Assembly: GCA_027483945.1 (NCBI GenBank)
Contig: JAIXTM010000003.1
Coordinates: 55,873-119,872, forward strand
DNA: 64,000 nt
Origin: Hyphomicrobiales bacterium
Lineage (GTDB): Bacteria > Pseudomonadota > Alphaproteobacteria > Rhizobiales > Beijerinckiaceae
Reading direction: 5' to 3'
Each line of letters opens with the position of its first letter. Within the stretch, counting starts at the first letter, position 1. Shown one piece after another: positions 1 through 9,134 of this stretch. Under the pieces are notes generated by a model, which saw only the letters and a list, made by a program, of their open reading frames with translations, had not been told where the DNA came from and made no database searches. The translations under genes and the position numbers were made by a program.

Positions 1-1066
1 GGGGGATCAGCGTATCGGGCGAGAACTGCTCCAGCACCTGCTCGTATTTCACCTGCACGTCCAGGCGCTGCTGGTCCCAGTCGATCAGTTCCTTCAGCGG
101 CGGCGGCAGGTCCTTGTAGGCGGCGATCACCGCCACGAGCTGGCCGATATCCAGCTGGCCCTGCAGCGCGAGATAGCCGCCCACCGCGTAGAACAGGAAC
201 GGCGTGATCTGCGCCAAGAGGTTGTTCAGGAACTTCACCATGAACTTCCACTTGTAGATGCGGAAGCGCAGGTCGAAGAGGTGATGGAGCCGGTGGCCGA
301 TCTCGGCCCGCTCCCAGCGCGTGGCGTTGTGGACGTGCACCGCCTCCATCCCGTCCACGATCTCGGCGACGCGGCCGGCCAGCTGGCGCGAGGCGAGCTG
401 GCGCTGCCGACCGAGCCGGATCTGCACCCGCCGCAGGCGCGGGATCACCGCGAACTGGATCGCCACGATGGAGCCGGCGATCAGGCCGAGCCAGGCATTC
501 TGCACCATGATGAAGGTCATGGCCGTGAGCGCCTGGGTGCCGAGGAACAGGGGCTGCACGAAGGCGTCGCCGATGAAGCCGCCGATCGGCTCCACCTCGT
601 CCTTGACCATGGTCGCGGTCTCGGACGGCTTCACGCGCCGCAGCGTGTCGGGCGTGAACCGCAGCGCGATGGAGACGAGGTCGAAGCGCATGCGCCGCAG
701 CATCCGCTCGCCCAGCGCGCCCTTCGCAACGTTGATCCAGTACTTGAACCCGCCGTTCACGAGGACGAGAGCGAGGAAGAGCCCCGACAGCGCGAAAAGG
801 AAGCCGACGCGCTCGAACTCGAAGCCCTCGAACAGGACGATCTTCGATCCGCCGAGAAACGAGGGCAGCGTGAAGCCGAAATCCAGCGCCCGCGCCGTCT
901 CCTTGCCGTTCTTGAACGCGTTGCCCGAGATTGCCTCGTTGACGATGCGCTTGGGCAGCTCCAGCGACCAGAAATAAAAGGGCAGTTGCGCGAAGACGAC
1001 GGCGAAGATCACCAGCTGATCGCGCCGCGAGTGCTTCCAGATGTAGCGGAAGAGACTCTTGTCCAT
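1..1066 (-). CDS. ABC exporter, fused permease-ATPase type; N-terminal transmembrane domain only (3' part lies beyond window start)
   Basis: Absent from the ORF track because it runs off the window. My reverse translation from CAT at 1064-1066 is stop-free down to position 2: MDKSLFRYIWKHSRRDQLVIFAVVFAQLPFYFWSLELPKRIVNEAI...GQLVAVIAAYKDLPPPLKELIDWDQQRLDVQVKYEQVLEQFSPDTLIP. The repeated hydrophobic helices fit the membrane domain of exporter-type ABC proteins. The first ~329 codons of '+' ORF 281..2515 are its antisense shadow. Confidence 0.75.
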   Translation of the reverse strand, partial: MDKSLFRYIWKHSRRDQLVIFAVVFAQLPFYFWSLELPKRIVNEAISGNAFKNGKETARALDFGFTLPSFLGGSKIVLFEGFEFERVGFLFALSGLFLALVLVNGGFKYWINVAKGALGERMLRRMRFDLVSIALRFTPDTLRRVKPSETATMVKDEVEPIGGFIGDAFVQPLFLGTQALTAMTFIMVQNAWLGLIAGSIVAIQFAVIPRLRRVQIRLGRQRQLASRQLAGRVAEIVDGMEAVHVHNATRWERAEIGHRLHHLFDLRFRIYKWKFMVKFLNNLLAQITPFLFYAVGGYLALQGQLDIGQLVAVIAAYKDLPPPLKELIDWDQQRLDVQVKYEQVLEQFSPDTLIP

Positions 1067-1267
1067 ACGCCGTCCATGGCCCGGCCGGCAGCCGGGAATG
1101 ACCTACCGGCACCATGCGTCGGCGCCGGGCTTGCCGCAAGCGCGCGGTTCCGCGAGGGCCCGCCCCGGAGCGAAGCGGCGGCCGGCCTGCCGGTGCGTCA
1201 GGGTGATGGACCAAAGCACCGCGTTGCGTCTAGTATGCCGGCGGTCGCTGGTGGCGTAGGAGGCCGC

Positions 1268-2515
1268 ATGTTGGACCGCATGTCGGGGCAGTCGGCCGCT
1301 GCCCCGGGCGCCGGATCGCGCGTCCTCATCTACAGCCACGACACGTTCGGCCTGGGTCATCTGCGCCGTTCGCGCGCCATCGCGAACGCGCTCGTGGCCT
1401 CGGCGCCCGGCACGTCGGTGGTGATCATCTCGGGCTCGCCCGTCATCGGCAATTTCGAGTTCGGCTCGGGCGTCGACTATGTGCGCGTACCCGGCGTCAC
1501 CAAGCTGCCCAACGGCGACTACACCAGCCTCAACCTCAACGTGGACATCGACGAGGCGACCGCCCTGCGCGAGGCGCTGATCCGCGAGACCGCCGAGCGC
1601 TTCGATCCCGACCTGTTCATCGTCGACAAGGAGCCCACGGGCTTCCGCGGCGAGATCATGCCCGCGCTCTCGCTCCTCGCCGCCCGCGGCACGCGGCTGG
1701 TGCTGGGGGTGCGCGACGTCATGGACGATCCGGCGCTCCTCGTGCCCGAATGGGAGCGCAAGGGCGCCCTGGCCGCGCTCGAGGAATTCTACGACGAGAT
1801 CTGGGTCTACGGCCTCAAGGACATCTACGAGCCCCTGGCCGCGCTCCCCCTCTCGGACGCCGCGCTCTCGCGGCTGCGCTATACCGGCTATCTCCACCGC
1901 GAGATGCCGCAGGAATCGGGCCTCGCCCGCTACCCGAAGATCACCCGCGGCCCCTTCATCCTGGTCACGACCGGCGGCGGCGGCGACGGCGAGGACCTGA
2001 TCGACTGGGTCATCTCCGCCTACGAGGCGGACTCGACGCTGGAAATCCCCGCGCTGATCTGTTTCGGGCCCTTCCTCGGCCGCGACGCGCGCCGCCAGTT
2101 CATGGAGCGCGTGCAGCGCCACCCGAAGCTCGACGCCATCGCCTTCGACAATAAGATCGAGGTCCTGATCCGCAGGGCCGTCGGCGTCGTCGCCATGGGC
2201 GGCTACAACACGTTCTGCGAGGTCCTATCCTTCGACCAGCGCGCCCTCATCGTGCCGCGCTCCACGCCGCGCCTGGAGCAGACGATCCGCGCCCGCCATG
2301 CCCAGAAGCTCGGCCTCGTCACGGCCCTGCCGGATACGCAGACGGGCGATCCCATGCTCATGGCGCGCCACCTCCACGACCTGCCGTCGCAGAAGCGGCC
2401 GTCCGAGGTCATGGTGCCCGGCCTCCTCGACGGCCTGTCCGTCGTCCAGGAGCGGTTCGGGCGGCTCGCCGCGATGCGGCCCGTTCCCGCCCGCGTCAGC
2501 GCCGCCGCCGAATAG
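1268..2515 (+). CDS. glycosyltransferase, GT-B fold, MurG/GT28-like (paralogue A)
   Basis: In-frame ATG at 1268 inside ORF 281..2515, with AGGAGG 4 nt upstream. N-terminal RVLIYSHDTFGLGHLRRSRAIANAL and C-terminal AMGGYNTFCE...PRLEQTIRARHA motifs are shared with the gene at 4917..6053. Confidence 0.75.
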   Translation: MLDRMSGQSAAAPGAGSRVLIYSHDTFGLGHLRRSRAIANALVASAPGTSVVIISGSPVIGNFEFGSGVDYVRVPGVTKLPNGDYTSLNLNVDIDEATALREALIRETAERFDPDLFIVDKEPTGFRGEIMPALSLLAARGTRLVLGVRDVMDDPALLVPEWERKGALAALEEFYDEIWVYGLKDIYEPLAALPLSDAALSRLRYTGYLHREMPQESGLARYPKITRGPFILVTTGGGGDGEDLIDWVISAYEADSTLEIPALICFGPFLGRDARRQFMERVQRHPKLDAIAFDNKIEVLIRRAVGVVAMGGYNTFCEVLSFDQRALIVPRSTPRLEQTIRARHAQKLGLVTALPDTQTGDPMLMARHLHDLPSQKRPSEVMVPGLLDGLSVVQERFGRLAAMRPVPARVSAAAE

Positions 2516-2533
2516 AGCCGGCCCGGGCCCTCC

Positions 2534-3793
2534 ATGACGGACCTTTCCGCCGAACGCCCGCCCGCGCGGCTCGCCATCGTGGTCAAAGGCTATCCGCGCC
2601 TGTCGGAGACCTTCATCGCCCAGGAGATCCTGGCGCTGGAGCGTCGCGGCATCGCGCTGGAGATCTGGTCCTTGCGCAAGCCCACGGACCGCGCCGTGCA
2701 TCCCATGCACCGGGACATCCGTGCGAAGCGCGTCTACCTGCCGGAATATCTCTACCAGGCGCCGGTCCGGGTCCTGCGCGGCGCCCTCGCCGCCCTCCGC
2801 CGGCCCGGCTTCGGCGCGCTGATGCGCATCTTCTGGGGGGACCTCAAGCGCGACCCCACCGCCAGCCGGGGGCGGCGGCTCGGACAGGCCTTCGTCATGG
2901 CGCGCGAGTTGCCCGACGCGATCAGGCATCTCCACGTCCATTACCTGCACACGCCCTGCTCGGTGACGCGCTACGCCGCCATCCTCACCGGCCGCGGCTT
3001 CACCTTCTCCGCCCATGCCAAGGACATCTGGACGAGCCCGGACTGGGAGATCGCCGAGAAGATCGCGGGCAGCCGCTGGGGCGTCACCTGCACGAAGGCC
3101 GGCCATGCGCGCCTCGCCGCCCTGGCCCCGGACGCCGGGAGGGTGGCGCTGCTCTATCACGGGCTCGACCTCTCGCGGTTCCCGGCGCCGCCGGACGCGC
3201 GCCCGGCCCGCGACGGCTCCGATCCCGCCGATCCGGTCCGCATCGTCACGATCGGCCGGGCCGTCGCGAAGAAGGGCTATGACGATCTCGTCACGGCGCT
3301 GGCCGCCCTGCCGCCGGACCTCCACTGGAACTGCGTCCATGTCGGCGGCGGCGAGCTCCTTCCGGCGCTGAAGGCGCGGGCGCGGGAGGCGGGCATCGCC
3401 GAGCGCCTCGCCTTCATGGGCGCCCTGCCCCAGCCGGACATCGTCACGCTCCTGCGCGAGGCGGACCTCTTCGTCCTGCCCTCCAAGGCGGCGAAGTCCG
3501 GCGACCGGGACGGCCTGCCCAACGTCATCATGGAGGCGGCGAGCCAGGCCCTCCCCATCGTCGCGACGGATTTCGCCGGCATCCCGGAATTCGTCCGCGA
3601 CGGGATCGAGGGCGTCCTCGTCCCGCCGGGGGACTGGGAGGCGCTGGCCAACGCGCTCAACCTCGCCGCCCGCGAGCCGGAGCGCCGCCGCGCCATGGGC
3701 GCCGCCGCCTTCGCGCGGCTGCGGGCGGACTTCTCCATGGATGCGGGGATCGATTGGCTGGAGGGGCGGCTGCGCGCCCTGACGGCAGGCTGA
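2534..3793 (+). CDS. glycosyltransferase family 4 (WcaL-like)
   Basis: ORF 2534..3793. N-terminus IVVKGYPRLSETFIAQEILALERRG and C-terminal GLPNVIMEAASQALPIVATDFAGIPEFVRDGIEGVLVPPGD (E-x7-E-type GT4 signature). Starts 18 nt after the previous stop. Confidence 0.8.
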   Translation: MTDLSAERPPARLAIVVKGYPRLSETFIAQEILALERRGIALEIWSLRKPTDRAVHPMHRDIRAKRVYLPEYLYQAPVRVLRGALAALRRPGFGALMRIFWGDLKRDPTASRGRRLGQAFVMARELPDAIRHLHVHYLHTPCSVTRYAAILTGRGFTFSAHAKDIWTSPDWEIAEKIAGSRWGVTCTKAGHARLAALAPDAGRVALLYHGLDLSRFPAPPDARPARDGSDPADPVRIVTIGRAVAKKGYDDLVTALAALPPDLHWNCVHVGGGELLPALKARAREAGIAERLAFMGALPQPDIVTLLREADLFVLPSKAAKSGDRDGLPNVIMEAASQALPIVATDFAGIPEFVRDGIEGVLVPPGDWEALANALNLAAREPERRRAMGAAAFARLRADFSMDAGIDWLEGRLRALTAG

Positions 3794-4920
3794 TGATGGC
3801 CCGGGCGGTCCCCCGCATCGCCTTCCACGCGCCGATGAAGAGCCCGGATTCGCCGGTCCCGTCCGGCGACCGCACCATGGCCCGCAACCTCCTTGCGGCC
3901 CTCGCCGCAGCCGGGTTCGCGCCCGGCCTCGCTACGCCTTTCACCTGCCGCGAGCCGCATGGCGACCGGGCAGCGCAGGAGGCCCTGATCGCGCGAGGCC
4001 GCGCCGAGGCCGACAGGCTGATCGCCCGCTGGACCGGCGCCCCGCACGAGCGGCCGGACCTCTGGTTCACCTACCATTGCTATTACAAGGCGCCGGACCT
4101 CGTCGGCCCTGCCGTGGCCGGAGCCCTGCGCATCCCCTACGTGGTCGCCGAAGGCTCCCGCGCCGCCAAGCGTGCGGACGGGCCCTGGGCGCGGTTCCAT
4201 GCGGCATCCGAGGCGGCCCTCGACCGGGCGGACATCCTCTTCGCCATGACCGGCAAGGACAGGCCGGCGCTGGAGGCCGCGGCCCCCGCCGGCCAGCGCA
4301 TCGTCGACCTGCCGCCCTTCCTCGATGCCGGGGCCTGGCCCCGCGCCGCGCGGCGAGCCCAAGGACCAGCCTTGCGGCTCCTTGCGGTCGGCATGATGCG
4401 CGAGGGCGACAAGCTGGCCTCCTACCGGCTCCTCGCCGCTTCGCTCGACCTGTGCCGCGATCTCGACTGGCATCTTGCCATCGCGGGCGACGGGCCCGCC
4501 GCCCCGGCCGTGCGCGAAGCGTTCGCGCCTTTCGGCGCCCGGGTCTCGATCCTCGGCAGGCTCGACGGCGGAGAGACCCTCGCCGCCGCCTATGGTGAGG
4601 CCGATCTCTTCGTCTGGCCGGCCGTCAACGAGGCTTATGGCATGGTCTTCCTGGAGGCCCAGCTCCAGGGCACGCCGGTTCTCGCCGGAAACGAGGGCGG
4701 CGTCGCCAGCGTCGTCGCCGACGGCCTGACCGGCCGGCTCGCCCCGCCCCGCGACCCGGCCGCCTTCGCCGCGTCCTTGCGCGCCCTCGCCGCCGACCGC
4801 GCAGGCCTCGGCACCATGGGCGCGGCGGCGCGCGCCCGCGTGCTCGCCCGTCACGACCTGCCCGTCGCCGCCGCGACGCTCAGCGCGGCGCTCCTGCCCC
4901 TCCTGGAGGCGGCGCCGTGA
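3793..4920 (+). CDS. glycosyltransferase family 4
   Basis: Internal ATG at 3793 of ORF 3754..4920 overlaps the upstream TGA (ATGA coupling). C-terminal NEAYGMVFLEAQLQGTPVLAGNEGGVASVVADGLTGRLAPP is a GT4-type motif. Confidence 0.75.
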   Translation: MMARAVPRIAFHAPMKSPDSPVPSGDRTMARNLLAALAAAGFAPGLATPFTCREPHGDRAAQEALIARGRAEADRLIARWTGAPHERPDLWFTYHCYYKAPDLVGPAVAGALRIPYVVAEGSRAAKRADGPWARFHAASEAALDRADILFAMTGKDRPALEAAAPAGQRIVDLPPFLDAGAWPRAARRAQGPALRLLAVGMMREGDKLASYRLLAASLDLCRDLDWHLAIAGDGPAAPAVREAFAPFGARVSILGRLDGGETLAAAYGEADLFVWPAVNEAYGMVFLEAQLQGTPVLAGNEGGVASVVADGLTGRLAPPRDPAAFAASLRALAADRAGLGTMGAAARARVLARHDLPVAAATLSAALLPLLEAAP

Positions 4921-6053
4921 CGCTTCGCATCCTCATCCATGTCACGCATCTCCTCGGCGTCGGGCACCTGACCCGCGCCGCCGCCATAGCGCGCGCTCTG
5001 GCCGCCGCCGGACATGACGTCCTCCTCGCCAGCGGCGGCATGCCGGCGCCTCTGGTGCGCACCGGCGGCGTGCGCCTGCTGCAATTGCCGCCGATCCGCA
5101 GCGACGGCGCCGATTTCAGCACCCTGCTGGACAAGGCCGGCGCTCCGGTCGGGGAGGCGCTGCGCGCCGCCCGGGCCCGCGCCCTCGCCACCGCCATCGA
5201 AAGCCACCGGCCGGACGTGGTGCTCACCGAACTCTATCCGTTCGGCCGCCGCATGCTGAGGGCGGAGATCGAGACCATGCTCGACCTCGCTTTGGCACAG
5301 GAACCGCGCATGCTCGTCCTGAGCTCGGTCCGCGACATCCTCGTGGCCCCCGCCGACCCCGCCAAGATCGCGCGGTGCCGCGAGGCGCTCCTTCGATACG
5401 ATGCGATTCTCGTCCATGCCGATCCCCGGCTCGTGCCGCTCGACGCGTCCTGGCCCGTGGATGCCGCGCTCGCGGCCAAGCTCGCCTATACGGGCTATGT
5501 CGACGAAGGCGCGGACCTGGCGGTGGCCGCGCCCGATCCCGCCGGCGAAATTCTTGTATCCGGCGGCGGCGGGCCGGCATCCCTGCCGCTCTACCGGGCC
5601 GCCCTCGACGCCGCGCGGCGTCTGCCGGCCCGCCCCTGGCGGCTCCTCGTCGGCGGCGGCGTGGCGGAGGAGGATTTCCGGGCCCTGGCCGCCGCCGCGC
5701 CGGCCCATGCCGTCGTCGAGCGCGCCAGGCCCGATTTCCGCGCGCTCCTGTCCCGCGCCGCTCTCGGCGTCAGCCAGGCGGGCTACAACACGATGATGGA
5801 CATCCTCGCCGCCGGAACGCCGGCCGTCGTCGTCCCCTTCGAGGCCGGCAACGAGACCGAGCAGCGCCAGCGCGCTGACCTCTTCGCGCGGCGGGGGATC
5901 GTGTCCGTGCTGCCCGAAGCCGACCTGTCGGGGGAGACTTTGGCCGCCAGGATCGCCGGGGCCGCAGGTCGGCGGCCGGCCGGCACGGGCGTCGATCGCG
6001 GCGGCCTCGCCGCCACGGTCCGGCTGGTCGAGACGATGGCGGCAGCCCGATGA
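4917..6053 (+). CDS. glycosyltransferase, GT-B fold, MurG/GT28-like (paralogue B)
   Basis: ORF 4917..6053. The GTG start overlaps the upstream stop (GTGA). RILIHVTHLLGVGHLTRAAAIARAL and SQAGYNTMMD...NETEQRQRADLFA mirror the motifs of 1268..2515. Confidence 0.75.
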   Translation: MTLRILIHVTHLLGVGHLTRAAAIARALAAAGHDVLLASGGMPAPLVRTGGVRLLQLPPIRSDGADFSTLLDKAGAPVGEALRAARARALATAIESHRPDVVLTELYPFGRRMLRAEIETMLDLALAQEPRMLVLSSVRDILVAPADPAKIARCREALLRYDAILVHADPRLVPLDASWPVDAALAAKLAYTGYVDEGADLAVAAPDPAGEILVSGGGGPASLPLYRAALDAARRLPARPWRLLVGGGVAEEDFRALAAAAPAHAVVERARPDFRALLSRAALGVSQAGYNTMMDILAAGTPAVVVPFEAGNETEQRQRADLFARRGIVSVLPEADLSGETLAARIAGAAGRRPAGTGVDRGGLAATVRLVETMAAAR

Positions 6054-6793
6054 GCCCCTGGACCCGCCTGGAACAGGCCGTCCGCGCGGCCGGGTCGGCC
6101 GGCCAGCCCGTGGCGATCTGGTGGCGCGACGACGACGCCGTGGCGCCGACCGCGGCCCTCGACCGGCTCCTGAGCCTGTCGGCGCGCCACCGTGTCCCGC
6201 TCGCGCTGGCCGCGATCCCGGCCGGGGCGCAGAGGAGCCTCGCGGCACACCTTGGCGGACGGGACGTCGAGGTCCTCGTCCACGGCCTGTCCCATGCCAA
6301 TCACGAACCCGACGGCACGAAGACGGCCGAGTTCGGGGCCGGACGGCCGCCGGCGGCAGCCCTGGCGGACGCGGCCGAGGGGCTGCGCCGCCTCAAGGCC
6401 CTGGTGCCGGCGGCGCTCCCCGTTCTGGTGCCGCCCTGGAACCGCATCGCGCCCGCTGTCGCTGCGGGCCTGGCGGCGGCCGGCTATCGCGGCCTGTCGG
6501 CCTCCGGCGACGGCCCCGCACCGCCCGGCCTCCTGCGCCGTGACATCCACGCCGATCCCATCGACTGGCGCGGGACGCGCAGCGCCGTGGCGGCCGGGGA
6601 CCTGGTCGAGCGGACGCTGGCGGCCCTCGCTCGCCGCGGTGACGGCTCGGTCGAACCGGCGGCGCCGATCGGGCTCCTGTCCCACCATCTGGTCCATGAC
6701 GAAGCGGTCTGGAACGCCTGCGATTCCTGGCTTTCCGCCATGCTGGCGGGGGGTGCCAGGCCGGTTTCGGCGCGAATGCTGTTTCAGGGTTAA
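6050..6793 (+). CDS. polysaccharide deacetylase (NodB-homology) family protein, no signal peptide
   Basis: ORF 6050..6793. The ATG overlaps the upstream TGA (ATGA). WWRDDDAV (Asp-Asp motif) and LVHGLSHANHE (His-x3-His) resemble NodB-domain metal and catalytic motifs. The N-terminus is not signal-like. Confidence 0.7.
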   Translation: MSPWTRLEQAVRAAGSAGQPVAIWWRDDDAVAPTAALDRLLSLSARHRVPLALAAIPAGAQRSLAAHLGGRDVEVLVHGLSHANHEPDGTKTAEFGAGRPPAAALADAAEGLRRLKALVPAALPVLVPPWNRIAPAVAAGLAAAGYRGLSASGDGPAPPGLLRRDIHADPIDWRGTRSAVAAGDLVERTLAALARRGDGSVEPAAPIGLLSHHLVHDEAVWNACDSWLSAMLAGGARPVSARMLFQG

Positions 6794-6947
6794 GCTGAGG
6801 CTAACCACTTCGCCGAAAACGGCCTCCGGCGCCGGCCTGACGTAAGGGCAGATCGGCCGATCGCTCAAATGCGAGCGAACGTCGCAAGGCTCCCTTCAGG
6901 CGCCCCCGGCCAACTGGCGCAGGTCAGTCGGGGGTTTCAGCCGCCAC

Positions 6948-8606
6948 ATGCGCAAGTTCGCCTTGAGACAGTTCGCCGCCCTGCGCCGCGACCGGCAGGG
7001 GACCGTTGCCATCACCTTCGCGCTCACCATCATCCCGACGGTCCTCGCCGTCGGATCGGCGGTCGACTACACGCGCGCCGCAACGCTGAAGAGCCGGCTC
7101 CAGGCCGCGACCGACGCCGCCGCGCTCGCCGTGGGCGGAACGATCGGCGAGAAGACCGATGCCGAGATCCGCGCGCGGGCGACAACCGAATTCCTCGCGA
7201 TCATGGGCGGCGAGGGCGAGAATGCCAAGCTCGACGACATAGAGCCCATCGTCGTGAGCGAGGGCCGCACCAAGCTGACCCTCAATTCGGAGGTGACCTA
7301 CGTGCCCCGGATGATCCGCATCCCGGGCATGGAACGCGTCGTGATGAAGGCACAGAGCCAGACGCTGGTCTCCAACCTCGATTACGAGATCGCGCTGGTC
7401 TTCGACAATTCCGGCTCGATGGCCGAGTCCGCCGGCGGCAAGACCAAGATGAAGGCGGCCCAGGATGCCGCCAAGCGGCTGATCGACATCATGTACGCCA
7501 ACGACGCGTCGGCCCGGCGCACCAAGATGGCGCTCGTGCCCTTCACCCTGTCGGTGAATGTCGGCAAGCAGCCCAGCGGCGCCGATTACTCCACCGCCGG
7601 CTGGGTCGACAGCGCGGGGCAGTCCCCCATCCACTGGGGCAACAATTTTAACCGCACCGGCAGCGCCTGGCAGCCGGGCTCCCGGTTCGACCTGTTCACC
7701 GAGCTGAACGTCGCCTGGGCCGGCTGCATGGAGGCGCGGCCCGGCGCCTACGGCGTCAACGACGCCCCCGCCAATGTCGCCGATCCGGCCTCGCTCTTCG
7801 TGCCGATGTTCGCCCCCGACGAGCCGGGCGACAAGGACAAGACGAGCTACTATCTGAGCACCGGCACCAGCTCGGGCTCCGGCACCCGCTACACTTACGA
7901 CAATTCCTACCTCAGCGATCTCGGCGGCTCCTGCTCCGGCCCGGCGACGCCCTCCACCGACGTCACCAAGCGCCAGGCGCAGATCTGCAAGTACAAGATC
8001 AACAAGGTTGCGTCGCGGCGCACCGATAACGGCGCCGCCCGGGGACCGAACCGCAACTGCGATGCCAAGCCGCTTCTGCGGATGACCAACGATCCGCTCA
8101 AGCTCAAGAACGCCGTCGACACGATGGTGGCGGCCGGCAACACCAACCTGGTCGAGGGCTTCGCCTGGGGCTGGCGCACGATCTCGCCGAACAACCCCTT
8201 CGCCGACGGCCGGCCCTATTCCGACGTCGACACCCGCAAGATCATCATCCTGCTGACCGACGGCCAGAACGCCTGGAACTCGGCGAGCAACCACAACAAG
8301 TCGATCTGGTCGCCCTTCGGCTTCTACCCGGACAAGCGCCTGAGCTCGGTCGACGTCACGTCCTCCGGCCAGGCCGCCGACGAGATGGACAAGCGCACCC
8401 TGGAATCCTGCACCCTCGCCAAGTCGGCCGGCGTGAAGGTCTACACGGTGGGCTTCAGCGTGAAGTCCGGCGACGTCGACCGGGTGCTTCTGGAGAAGTG
8501 CGCGACCTCGCCGAGCATGGCCTACATCGCCTCCAACGCGACGCAGATCCAGACCGTGTTCGAGGAGATCGCCGCGTCGATCGGAACGCTGCGCCTGACC
8601 CACTGA
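6948..8606 (+). CDS. TadE/TadG-like N-terminal domain protein with von Willebrand factor A domain
   Basis: ORF 6948..8606. N-terminus RRDRQGTVAITFALTIIPTVLAVGSAVDYTRA is the Flp-pilus TadE/G-like pseudopilin-type segment. ALVFDNSGSM is a vWA MIDAS D-x-S-x-S motif. Confidence 0.75.
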   Translation: MRKFALRQFAALRRDRQGTVAITFALTIIPTVLAVGSAVDYTRAATLKSRLQAATDAAALAVGGTIGEKTDAEIRARATTEFLAIMGGEGENAKLDDIEPIVVSEGRTKLTLNSEVTYVPRMIRIPGMERVVMKAQSQTLVSNLDYEIALVFDNSGSMAESAGGKTKMKAAQDAAKRLIDIMYANDASARRTKMALVPFTLSVNVGKQPSGADYSTAGWVDSAGQSPIHWGNNFNRTGSAWQPGSRFDLFTELNVAWAGCMEARPGAYGVNDAPANVADPASLFVPMFAPDEPGDKDKTSYYLSTGTSSGSGTRYTYDNSYLSDLGGSCSGPATPSTDVTKRQAQICKYKINKVASRRTDNGAARGPNRNCDAKPLLRMTNDPLKLKNAVDTMVAAGNTNLVEGFAWGWRTISPNNPFADGRPYSDVDTRKIIILLTDGQNAWNSASNHNKSIWSPFGFYPDKRLSSVDVTSSGQAADEMDKRTLESCTLAKSAGVKVYTVGFSVKSGDVDRVLLEKCATSPSMAYIASNATQIQTVFEEIAASIGTLRLTH

Positions 8607-8612
8607 CCGGGG

Positions 8613-9134
8613 TCAGTGAACAGGTGTGTCCGCGGAACGTTCCACGCGCGGTCCGGCCGTCCGTCCGGCGATCAGCCAATAGATCGTCCCGGCGACGACA
8701 CCAGTGACGAAAAGGATCGCGGTGAGCCGCAATTCCGCCGGGTCCATGCCCCGCAGGCCCGCGCCGCTGCCGATCCCGAGCCTTGTGCGCGCCACCCAAG
8801 GCACCAGCGCCGTCACGAGGCCCGTGACGCCGGCATAATAAACGTAGGAACGCACGCGAAAAATCTCGCCGGCGAGCCCGGCGCACAGCACAGGCGCCAC
8901 CAGGACCGCCAGGCTGGCCCGCCAGAGCGACCAGGCGACGGGGAGCGCCACGTCCGGCACCGCGTCCAGCCAGATCGCATCGGCCACGAGCTGGGCGAGC
9001 GCATCGACCAGCGCAAGCGCCAGGTCTCGCCCCGCCGGCTCCATCAGCCCGGCGACGAAAAGGAACATCGCCGCGGCCGGAATCGCGAAGGCGAAGGCCA
9101 GCGGCAGCAGGAACAGGATGCGCAGGATCGTCAT
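8613..9134 (-). CDS. polytopic membrane protein, function unknown
   Basis: Internal ATG ([19 protein letters not shown]...) of ORF 8613..9338. The start overlaps the rlmN stop (ATGA at 9131-9134). There are 4-5 hydrophobic helices and I recognise no family. Confidence 0.6.
   Translation of the reverse strand: MTILRILFLLPLAFAFAIPAAAMFLFVAGLMEPAGRDLALALVDALAQLVADAIWLDAVPDVALPVAWSLWRASLAVLVAPVLCAGLAGEIFRVRSYVYYAGVTGLVTALVPWVARTRLGIGSGAGLRGMDPAELRLTAILFVTGVVAGTIYWLIAGRTAGPRVERSADTPVH

Noticed and set aside
281-1267. The N-terminal 329 codons of ORF 281..2515, and the nested ORF 321..977.
   Set aside because: This region is antisense to the ABC exporter membrane domain, which translates cleanly on the minus strand. 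The real glycosyltransferase starts at the AGGAGG-preceded ATG at 1268.
6924-8603. A 559-aa minus-strand ORF.
   Set aside because: It is antisense to the TadG-like vWA gene, whose MIDAS and TadE/G motifs identify the true strand.
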